From positions 1,920,001 to 1,984,000 of the forward strand of contig OY970364.1 in assembly GCA_963718565.1 (NCBI GenBank): a stretch of DNA of 64,000 bases, read 5' to 3'. How positions within the stretch are numbered: the stretch's first letter is position 1; every line of letters starts with the position of its first letter. Both the position numbers and the translations under genes were made by a program. The stretch is from an uncultured Verrucomicrobiae bacterium (lineage in GTDB: Bacteria > Chlamydiota > Chlamydiia > Chlamydiales > Rhabdochlamydiaceae). The notes beneath the pieces are model-generated. The model had not been told where the DNA came from. It was given only the letters and a program-made list of their open reading frames with translations, and made no database searches. This document shows positions 41,380-50,256 of this stretch, one piece after another.

Positions 41380-41584
41380 GTAAAATACCTTATTTTTTGC
41401 TTTTATATAGAATAGATTTATTAAATATAATATATTACATTTAATTAAAAAGCAACTTCACTTAACAATAAGTGTATTAAAGCCCATTTAACAGTTAAGT
41501 ATATTAAAATATTTAATTGTTTGAGTTCAGCATTCACAAAACCTGACGGAGCGTGGTATAAAAAAATTGGCGCGATTCAGCTCT

Positions 41585-44546
41585 TCAGAATCCTCTTTCT
41601 TGGGTTGAGCCAGGAGTTTCTAATTCCGGCATCAAAGAAAGATGGATAGCAGGGCGGCGGCGCGGCTGGGAGCGCGGCGGTTGTGGTTTGGGAGGGGCTT
41701 CTGGAAGGATCATCTCGAATTTGAACAGGGCATGGGCAATCTCTTGTTTGATCCGCGTGGTCAGAGAATCAAAGAGTGCAAACGCTTCATGTTTGAATTC
41801 GAGGAGAGGATCTTTTTGTCCTACGGCGCGCAGGTGAACCTCTGTGCGCAAATGATCGATATTGAGCAGATGTTCTTGCCAGATACGGTCGATATTGCGA
41901 ATGAGCAAGTTGCGAACAACTTCGCATAAGACTTCCTCAGGGCTCATCTTGGATTGTGACGGGTCTATAACCATGTTTTGTGCTTGGATGATTTTCTCTG
42001 CTTCATGCGTGAGCTTATGATTGAAAGCCGTTAAGACTTTGCTCGAAGCAAGCTGCTCGATGTCTTCGAGTTTAAGATAATCGTCATCGAGTTCTTTGGC
42101 ATCAAAAGTGAGTGGGAAATGAGTGAGAAGCCATTGACGGTATCCTTCCGGATTCCAACCGCCTTCGACACTGCGCGAAGTAAAAAATTGATGGCACATG
42201 CGGACGCAAATCCCTTCTAAAACTTCGCGGGCAAGAGAAAGTGTGTCTTCAATATGCAAGACTTCATTGCGGAAAGAATAGATCTCTTCTCGCTGTTTGT
42301 TCATCACATCGTCGTATTCGAGAGTATGTTTGCGGATGGTGTAGTTGCGTTGTTCGACGCGTTTTTGAGCAGTTTCAATCGACTTATTCAAGACTTTTGC
42401 AGAGATTGCCTTCGCCTTCGGGAGGGCGGAAGCGTTGAAGGAAAGAAGTGATGCGAGGAGAGGTAAACAAGCGCATCAACGAATCTTCAAAAGAGACATA
42501 GAATTTTGAAGTTCCGGGATCGCCTTGGCGGGCACAACGGCCGCGAAGCTGTCTGTCGATGCGGCGAGATTGGTGGCGCGTTGTTCCGATGACATGAAGT
42601 CCGCCGAGTCCTGCGATGCCAGACTTGAGCTTAATATCCGTTCCGCGGCCTGCCATGTTCGTTGCGACGGTGATCGCACCAGGGGCGCCTGCTTGAGCGA
42701 TGATTTCAGCTTCATGGGCGTGGTTTTTCGCGTTGAGGACAGTGTGTTCCAGTTTATTTTGCTTTAAAATGCGCGAGAGCTTTTCAGAGACTTCAACGGA
42801 TTCCGTTCCGATGAGGATCGGCCGGCCTTTCGCGTGAATCTGCTGAATATCTTTGAGGATGGCGTTATATTTTTCCCGCTCTGTCATGTAGATTTCGTCA
42901 TCGTCATCTTTGCGCTGTCCTTTGCGATGTGTGGGGATGGCGAGGACCTCGAGTTTGTAGATCTCTTTAAATTCATTCGCTTCAGTCATCGCTGTTCCCG
43001 TCATCCCGGCCAGCTTAGCGTACATGCGGAAATAATTTTGCAGAGTGATCGTCGCGTATGTCTGCGTTTCGCCTTGAATCGGGACTCCTTCTTTGGCTTC
43101 AATCGCTTGATGCAGTCCGTCGGAGAACCGGCGGCCAGGTTGCGGACGGCCAGTATTTTCATCGATGATGACAATTTTTCCTTCGGAGATGATGTAATCG
43201 ACATCTTTTTCCATCATGAGGTGGGCGCGGAGCAGCTGTCTTAAATTGTGCGCACGCTCTTTGCGCCGAGCATCTTCTTCGCGTAAGACGACTTTTTGCT
43301 GGAGCTTTTCTTGTTCAGAGAGTTCTGGATTTTGATCGATCTTAGCGTATTCAAAGCCTAAATCGAGCATGACAAAGTCATCAGAGGAGGCTTTTGTCTG
43401 AGTGTCTTCAATCCATTGATGGATTCCTTTATCAGTCAATTCGAACTCGTTGGCGCGCTCATCGACAATAATAAAAAGTTCAGAAAGAGCCTTCGCGCGC
43501 TCTTCTTTATTAGGCTCGCCATAAAAGTAGATGTCCCATTTTTCGATCTGAGCCCTTAAGGTAGGATTTTCGCGGATACGCTTTAAGACCTTGTTCTGTG
43601 GGGTGCCTTTGCTGACAAGCCACAGTTTGCGAAGAGCCTCTTTTTCTTCATTCTCTTGTTCTTTATTCAAACTTCTTTGCTCGGGTGTTTCTTCGAGGCT
43701 TCCCAACTTTTCTAGGATCTTGCGTCCGTCCGTTGCGAGTTTATTGCACAGATCGCGCTGATGGCGGACGAGGTGACCGGCATCTTCTTTTAATTCATCG
43801 TACATCTGACGTGAAGCGCCAGAAGGTCCGGAGATAATTAAAGGTGTGCGTGCTTCATCGATCAAGGTCGAGTCGATTTCATCGACGATAGCAAAATAAT
43901 GGCCGCGCTGGCACTGGTCTTCTTTACTTTGTGCCATAGAATTATCGCGAAGATAATCAAAGCCAAACTCGGATGCAGTTCCATACAAAATATCCGCCTC
44001 GTAAACAGATTGACGTATCTGGTGAGGTGTCGAACTCGTCAAAGCATTGACGGTGAGTCCCAGCATGCGGAAAATGGCACCGATCCATTCACAGTCGCGC
44101 TGGACCAAATAGTCGTTGACTGTCACAAGGTGGACGGGTTTTTTTGTCAGGGCGTTAAGATAAAGAGGCATGGATGCAGTGAGCGTTTTACCTTCACCGG
44201 TTTGCATTTCAGAGATCGCTCCGTAGTGCATGGCGATGCCGCCCAGGATTTGGACGTCATAAGGCACCATATCCCATTTTTGATCATAGCCTGAAACATG
44301 AACTTCGGTCCCACACAAGCGCCGGCAAGCACTTTTGACGACTGCGTAAGCTTCTGGGAGCAGGCGATCTAAGGATTCTCCATTTTCAAGGCGTCTCTGA
44401 AATTCACTGGTTTTGTTGCGAAGTTCTTCTTCGGAAAGCGCTTGAAATTTTTCTTCCCAACGGTTGACTTCAGCGACAATTTTACCGTATTTTTTGAGCA
44501 AGCGGCCTTGAGCAGTTCCAAAGATTATTTTAAAGAATCCAAACAT
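41585..44546 (-). pseudogene. secA: Preprotein translocase SecA, split by a 1-nt frameshift near 42410 (possibly a sequencing error)
   Basis: MQTGEGKT, VDEIDS, TNMAGRGTDI and QLRGRCARQGDPG in 42384-44546; AQKRVEQRN and GQKDPLLEFK in 41585-42391. Confidence 0.93.
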
Positions 44547-44693
44547 GGTGGTTCCTGGGGATATGACACTAGTAAGAGTTTGATTATATTACCTTAAAAT
44601 CCCAATAAGTTAAATCAAAGAAAAATCTACCCCTATGCGACAAAATAAATTTATAATTACAAATTTTTTGAGCATTTGCTAGTTTTAAGAATA

Positions 44694-44711
44694 TATACGG
44701 CGCGCCGTATA
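44694..44711. repeat. 18-bp perfect palindrome matching the fused termini of MITE family D
   Basis: tatacggcgcgccgtata. Confidence 0.8.
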
Positions 44712-44722
44712 GAGGAGGTAGT

Positions 44723-44827
44723 ATGTCTCTTAGCCTGATTCTTATTTTAATCAAGAAATCGCTCGCTGAGAAAAAACCCTTCGATCCTAAACAGAAAAAA
44801 ACAACTGTATCGACTTCCGTAAAATAA
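44723..44827 (+). CDS. Putative 34-aa small protein
   Basis: AGAGGAGGT SD then MSLSLILILIKKSLAEKKPFDPKQKKTTVSTSVK*. Confidence 0.5.
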   Translation: MSLSLILILIKKSLAEKKPFDPKQKKTTVSTSVK

Positions 44828-44868
44828 GTAAGTCCGCTTAAATATTTAAGCGTGGTATCACTACTTCT

Positions 44869-45276
44869 ATGAAAAAAAAATTAAGCGTTTTTCTGTTAGC
44901 CATCTTCTGGACAACGATGGGCAGCACCGATAACCCAACCCTTCTCATTCCACAATCTTCTCTGATTGAAACAGCACTTCCTTTAGCGGAAAATGACGAG
45001 GTCAAGGTCATTGACCAGTTAATCACAGCAACTTCCAGGCAGCTGGAAACGCAAAAACAGATGAAGGAGTTGATGCTGCAGTTTAAAAAGCAACGGGAAG
45101 AATTTATTCAGGGAAACCAAACGAAGTCACACGCGGGTAGAATGGTGCGTACAGCCCGCCAAATTTATGAGATGATCTCTTCCAATCATCTCGAACATCT
45201 CTTTGCAAAAGATTATCTTGATGAGTTAACATTCTTTTCTTCCATTGCGGGCAAAACAGCTCTCACTAGGCCATGA
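44869..45276 (+). CDS. Exported hypothetical protein
   Basis: Signal peptide; ATGA overlap with psd. Confidence 0.75.
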   Translation: MKKKLSVFLLAIFWTTMGSTDNPTLLIPQSSLIETALPLAENDEVKVIDQLITATSRQLETQKQMKELMLQFKKQREEFIQGNQTKSHAGRMVRTARQIYEMISSNHLEHLFAKDYLDELTFFSSIAGKTALTRP

Positions 45277-46196
45277 AAGAAATTACTTTTTTAGATCGCA
45301 ATACGCAAAGAGAAGAAAAGGAAAAAGTCTACGGACGTTTCTTTCTCGAGATGTTGTACGGTGAAGGTTTTTTGTTGCGTTTATGTTCTTTTTTTCTATT
45401 GCCTCTATTCTCTCGTATCCCTTGTTTATCCAAACTCTACGGATTTTTTCAAAAAAGCGCGATAAGTCGGTTCAAAATCAAACCTTTCATCCGCGCTTAT
45501 CATATCGATGCATCGGAATTTTTAGATCCCGTAGATGCCTTTGCTTCTTTCAACGATTTTTTCATTCGCCATTTAAAATCGGAATGCCGGCCTATTGCAA
45601 ATGATCATAATGTGGCTATTTTTCCTGCGGATGCGCGTTACCTGGTTTTTCAAAATATCGAGAAGGCAGAAGGGTTTTGGGTGAAAGGAAAAAAGTTTTC
45701 CCTTAAGGACCTATTACAGGATGAGGAGTTGGCCGCCCAATACACCCAAGGGGCGATGATGATCGCCCGATTATGTCCTGTCGACTACCATCGTTTTCAT
45801 TTTCCCTGTCAATGCACTCCAGGCAAAGCGCGTTTAATTCATGGTCCATTATTTTCTGTGAATCCCATCGCTCTCATGCGCAACATCAAGATCTTGAGTG
45901 AAAATAAGCGCATGATCACCTCTCTTGAAACTCAGAATTTTGGGAAAGTTCAGTACATTGAGGTAGGTGCAACCTATGTGGGAAGCATTTATCAGACGCA
46001 TGTCCCAGGAAAATCTTACGCCAAGGGTGAAGAGAAGGGTTATTTTTCCTTCGGAGGATCCTGTCTTATTTTGTTGTTCGAACCCGGAAAGATTGCTTTT
46101 GATCGCGATTTGATCGATAGCTCGATGAAAAAAATGGAAGTCCGAGGGTTATTAGGTCAGTCTTTGGGCAGAGCTTTGTATACGGCGCGCGGTTAG
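45273..46196 (+). CDS. psd: Phosphatidylserine decarboxylase
   Basis: SFNDFFIR, RLCPVDYHRFHFP, GYFSFGGS cleavage motif. Confidence 0.95.
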   Translation: MKEITFLDRNTQREEKEKVYGRFFLEMLYGEGFLLRLCSFFLLPLFSRIPCLSKLYGFFQKSAISRFKIKPFIRAYHIDASEFLDPVDAFASFNDFFIRHLKSECRPIANDHNVAIFPADARYLVFQNIEKAEGFWVKGKKFSLKDLLQDEELAAQYTQGAMMIARLCPVDYHRFHFPCQCTPGKARLIHGPLFSVNPIALMRNIKILSENKRMITSLETQNFGKVQYIEVGATYVGSIYQTHVPGKSYAKGEEKGYFSFGGSCLILLFEPGKIAFDRDLIDSSMKKMEVRGLLGQSLGRALYTARG

Positions 46197-46350
46197 GTTT
46201 GGCGAATTTTGACAGGCTGCGACTTTGCCAAATCGATCCTTCTCGCTCGCCTTGCTATTCAGCAATGGTCTCGCTCGTTCGGCCGCTTCGCTTCGATTTT
46301 GCTTCGTCTCGGAGAGTCAAAATTCTCCAAACCTAACCGCGCGCCGTATA
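46179..46350. mobile_element. MITE family D with 35-bp terminal inverted repeats, overlapping the psd stop
   Basis: tatacggcgcgcggttaggtttggcgaattttgac / gtcaaaattctccaaacctaaccgcgcgccgtata. Confidence 0.85.
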
Positions 46351-46430
46351 ACTGTATTGAACTTACGGAAGTGATTGAAGAACTCCTCCTTAGATGAGGA
46401 AGAGTTCTCTGACTCACTTCCAGTATGGGT

Positions 46431-46946
46431 TCATAATTGACTAATATTTTTATTTCGATCTGCTTTTTTTTCTTTCTCGATGGCTTCGGTCCCAAGCAAC
46501 GAGGTGGTGTAAACAAGGCCTCCCAGAATTTTGTAGTTTAGTTTAACTTTTTTGTCATCTGTACCATCAGCTTTTTTGGCATCTGTACCATCATCATTAA
46601 TCACTCTACTTTTAGACATACGCTGACAGATTTCAGATAAATGTCGCTTGAAAAGATTTGACCAAAAGATACGCTTGGTAACACCACATAATGACCTACA
46701 AAGACTAAGGAACTTCATGGCTTCTCGAGGTGTCTCTGTCTGTGGAATAATATGATGCGCCCAGATGTCGGGTGTTGTGAGGGGAGTAGGTAGTTGCGCC
46801 CAGCGGTCGATTAGCCTGTCCATCTTAGTGTTAAAAAGAGAATCCACATGGCTTCTAAGGCTGTCAGGAATATTAAGGTTATTAAAGATGTCAAGAATAT
46901 TAAAGTTATCAAAAATTTTGTTAAATGAATTTACATTTGAAGTCAT
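46431..46946 (-). CDS. Hypothetical effector-like protein
   Basis: aggag SD; TTGAAT-N17-TAAAAT upstream; N/S-rich N-terminus; internal 24-bp duplication. Confidence 0.65.
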   Translation of the reverse strand: MTSNVNSFNKIFDNFNILDIFNNLNIPDSLRSHVDSLFNTKMDRLIDRWAQLPTPLTTPDIWAHHIIPQTETPREAMKFLSLCRSLCGVTKRIFWSNLFKRHLSEICQRMSKSRVINDDGTDAKKADGTDDKKVKLNYKILGGLVYTTSLLGTEAIEKEKKADRNKNISQL

Positions 46947-47184
46947 AATTGTCTCCTAAATAGATTATTGTTTATATTAACAGTCTTAATTTTAAAAAAT
47001 TTACTAATATTATTCAATTTATTTTTTTTAAAATTTTTAAAATAGAGCAAAATAAACTATAAAAGATTGATTTCCAGCAGGTTATGATAACCATAGTTTG
47101 GGGTTCTGCGATGGCGGCGACTGCCTGTTGGGGCTTGTAACAGAATCCCTTGAACTTATTCAAACCTGATTATATATTATCAGA

Positions 47185-47607
47185 ATGAACAAGTTTTTAA
47201 GCATTCAGGAAGCAGCAAAATGTTTGGGAGTTTCTCCACAAACACTCCGCCGATGGGAAAGACAAAAGAAAATCGTTCCCTGTCATCGCATACAGGGCGG
47301 CCAACGCCGCTATAGTCTCACTCAGTTACAGCCATTTAATTGCGGAGATAAAACCTCTGATCGTCTAACTGTTGCCTACGCAAGAGTTTCGAGTCATGAT
47401 CAAAAAGAAGATTTACAACGACAAGTCCATATGTTAGAAATTTACTGCTCTGCAAAAGGATGGGTGTTTTCAGTAACCAAAGACCTCGGTTCCGGGATGA
47501 ACTATAATAAACGTGGGCTAAAACAACTGCTTGAGCAAAATGGTTCAAGAAGCCATAAGAACAAACAGCTTTTGGCCAACCTTCAAAATGCGGTCGCCAA
47601 TGTCTAA
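47185..47607 (+). pseudogene. tnpA: IS607 serine recombinase TnpA with apparent in-frame internal deletion
   Basis: MerR-like HTH, YARVSS, DLGSGMN; jumps LLEQ to NGSRS, lacking the usual KDRL...ELxxD segment. Confidence 0.85.
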
Positions 47608-49066
47608 AGAGAATCTGGTTCTTAAGCTGAGAATTGAAGCAGACCCTCAAACAATTTCTGAGCTCGATGGGCAATCGCGGATCTGTAATTGGCTTTATAA
47701 TCATCTGCTAGAAAAAAGCCTGGAACTCAAGCGGGAATTTATCCATTCCGGCAACCCGGAGGCATCAAAGACCCTCTATACAGAAAGAGGACTCAGAAAT
47801 GAACTTCCAAAACTCAAGGAAGAGCACCCCTTTCTAAAAGTCGTCCACTCTTCTCCATTAAAAAATACCGCTTTGAGACTTAGTGAAGCAATCCGGGTTC
47901 ATCAAAAATCAAAAAAAGGAAAACGGAAAGGCAAACAGATGGGTTGGCCCAAATTTCGGGCCTGGAAACGGGACTGGTTTTCTCTTTTTTACGATGAACC
48001 AGAAAAAGGTTTCAAGATTCACGGCAAAGCCTTGTTCCTCTCCCTTGGAATGGGCCAGGACCGCAAGCGCCGCTTCCTCACTCTCGAATTACCCGAAGCA
48101 CATCTCCTCAAAGACAAAACCCCACGCAACTTGCGCATTATCTCCGAACTGGGAACCTACTATGCCATTTTTACCATTCAGAAAGAACTCCCCATCCGAA
48201 AACCCATTTCTAAAATCCTCGCACTCGATCCCAATCACAAAAATCTCGCCTATGGTGTCGACACAAGTGGAACAGCCATTGAGATTGCATCTCCTTACTG
48301 GCTCAAAACTTACGATAAACGCCTGGACGAACTAAAAAGTAAAAGAGACCGCTGTGATAAAAAATCTAAAAAATTCCATGTTCTGGATGAAAAAAGCAAT
48401 CCCACAAGAAAAGAATTCCATCTTCCTTCCAGGCAATGGAGAAAATACGATCATGCCCTAAAAAGCGCACTGCGTAAACGCCGAGAACAGACCAAGACGT
48501 TTATGTTTACAAGCGCACATCGCCTTTTCCGAAATTACGACTGCATTGGAATCGGAGACTATACACCAAATGGCGAAGGCATTACTAAACCAATGCGGCG
48601 AGCGATGAATAACCGATCCTTGATTGGACGTTGGAAAAACACCCTCTCCTGGGTAGCTCGAAAATCGGGAAAAACCTTTATTGAATTCGACGAGAAAGGG
48701 ACAACCCGGACCTGTAGCCACTGCCTGCGGATTGAAGAGCGGGGAATCCCTGTCTCATTGAGACAATGGCAATGTCCACAGTGCAAGACCGTTCACATTC
48801 GCGACGAGAATGCCGCAATTAACGGCTTGAGAAAGATCTTGCGAGATCTTTCAGCAAAAAATGAAGGAGGATATCCTTCAATAGTGTCTGGCTCAGACCT
48901 CGCTTTTATCCAAAAGCGATGGGCCTGGTGTGTTTTGCCTAATGGTGTACATGTGACACCGTGGGGGCAAGACAGCAAAGCAATTTGCAGCACCAGGAAA
49001 TTAAACCGAGGGCATGATAGCCCTCGATCAAAAGTTGATAATTTGGTTATATATGATCAGGTTTGA
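47600..49066 (+). CDS. tnpB: TnpB RNA-guided endonuclease with rearranged RuvC-II
   Basis: GWPKFR, ALDPN (RuvC-I), IGIGDY, DEKGTTRTC, CSHC/CPQC Zn finger, RDENAAIN (RuvC-III). Confidence 0.93.
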   Translation: MSKENLVLKLRIEADPQTISELDGQSRICNWLYNHLLEKSLELKREFIHSGNPEASKTLYTERGLRNELPKLKEEHPFLKVVHSSPLKNTALRLSEAIRVHQKSKKGKRKGKQMGWPKFRAWKRDWFSLFYDEPEKGFKIHGKALFLSLGMGQDRKRRFLTLELPEAHLLKDKTPRNLRIISELGTYYAIFTIQKELPIRKPISKILALDPNHKNLAYGVDTSGTAIEIASPYWLKTYDKRLDELKSKRDRCDKKSKKFHVLDEKSNPTRKEFHLPSRQWRKYDHALKSALRKRREQTKTFMFTSAHRLFRNYDCIGIGDYTPNGEGITKPMRRAMNNRSLIGRWKNTLSWVARKSGKTFIEFDEKGTTRTCSHCLRIEERGIPVSLRQWQCPQCKTVHIRDENAAINGLRKILRDLSAKNEGGYPSIVSGSDLAFIQKRWAWCVLPNGVHVTPWGQDSKAICSTRKLNRGHDSPRSKVDNLVIYDQV

Positions 49067-49104
49067 TCAAGTTTTGAAGAGCGGCATGTTTTCCCAAGGA
49101 CTAT
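48880..49104 (+). ncRNA. Putative omegaRNA scaffold plus 3' guide
   Basis: Hairpins tcgctttt/aaaagcga, cctggtg/caccagg, ggtgt/acacc, cgagggc/gccctcg overlapping the tnpB 3' end and right end. Confidence 0.6.
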
Positions 49105-49273
49105 CGGAAACGCGGAACCCATCCTCTTCACAAGCAGCATTGGGAAAAAGCTACTCTTTTTCAAAAATCTAAGGCGATCATGGGTTATGTGAGTGATCGA
49201 GAGAAAGCTATAAAAGATTGATTTCCAGTTGGTTGTGATAACAATAGTTTGGGTTCTCAGAGGGTCAAAATAT

Positions 49274-49441
49274 GGTACGTCCTCAAAAACCTATGACATT
49301 CAGTGCTTGCCATAGGTCTCCGAGGAAGTATGAATTGAGCGGCTTGTAAAGTCGGAACAAAACGCCCAGACCCATTAATAAAACTTTCGCTTGATAACAG
49401 AGCACCCTATATTTAGACTGCTCTGGCATGAACTCGAACAA
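49274..49441 (+). repeat. Duplicate of 12041-12281: deleted family-A MITE plus cyclase promoter
   Basis: Near-identical sequence including TTGATA-N17-TAGACT at 49391-49419. Confidence 0.9.
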
Positions 49442-49459
49442 ATGCCTTTCTAAGATCCC

Positions 49460-50034
49460 TTCAGAACTGCACGCTGTTCCTTGGTTTTAGAGAGATGATT
49501 GGCTCAACCGGCTTGAAGAACATATGGGGAAAAAGTACCGAAAAAAGAAGGGGCTTAACCAACTGCTGAATAGCTTAAGGGTTGAAGGCAAACAGCTGCG
49601 ACAGCAATGCATTGAAGCGGGATTGGTTGGTTTTATCAGCTTGGAAGCATGTTGGTAAGGCAGAGGTGCATGAACTATATGACCAACTGGTTGCAATGAA
49701 AAGCACAAGCCCAGGGATTAATGAAGTCATTGCTTCATTTTCCAAATACCGCGAAGAAATGCTAAAAGCGCTTGATCATCCCGGCCTTCCCCTGCACAAT
49801 AATGACAGTGAGCAAGATATCCGAGGTGTGGCTAAACGAAGAAATATCTCTGGCACTACCAAAAGCGTAGAGGGCAGACAATTTCGAGACGGCCTATTGA
49901 CGCTCAAGCAGACATGCGCCAGACTTGGCGTGAGCTTTTGGGAGTATTTGAGTCGGTGGTTTCGAGGGGATCCGATCGATTTAGCACAATTTGTTCATGA
50001 GCGTTATCAAACAGCCTCTCTGGCCACACCTTGA
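49460..50034 (+). pseudogene. IS66-family transposase remnant
   Basis: LPLHNNDSEQDIR...RNISG...TLKQTCARLGVSFWEYL. Confidence 0.8.
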
Positions 50035-50051
50035 CTGGTAGCACGTACATT

Positions 50052-50181
50052 AACTTCCTTGAAGACTCTGGCAAAAGTTGAAGACCATTTCGATCCGTGC
50101 CCAATCAAGATCGATAAGTGGTAAGTTTGGCATGGATCAAAATGGTCTTCAACTTTTGCCATGAGTTTTTAAGGGCGTACC
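50052..50181. mobile_element. Palindromic MITE family B (sister of family A)
   Basis: tggcaaaagttgaagaccatttcgatcc / ggatcaaaatggtcttcaacttttgcca. Confidence 0.85.
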
Positions 50182-50256
50182 CTTTTTCATAGGTTGTGGA
50201 TTTGTACTCGACACCTATAATGGTCCCCAAAATTTAGACCACTGTCTAAGCTAATA

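Larger units (their letters stand above)
47132..49084 (+). mobile_element. IS607-family element (tnpA + tnpB), non-autonomous
   Basis: GG at both boundaries (gg-cttgtaacag...gaagagc-gg); inverted tcaaacctgat/atcaggtttga motifs near the ends. Confidence 0.85.

Noticed and set aside
47057..47107. Repeat at 47057/49208 as an IS607 target duplication, dif site or CRISPR repeat
   Set aside because: IS607 makes no long duplications and the repeats are not adjacent to its ends. There is no XerC/D arm match and only two copies exist.
47101..49121. Reconstructed IS607 target as a ZTP or c-di-GMP riboswitch
   Set aside because: Only loose resemblance; the conserved pseudoknot and ligand-binding nucleotides could not be found by eye.
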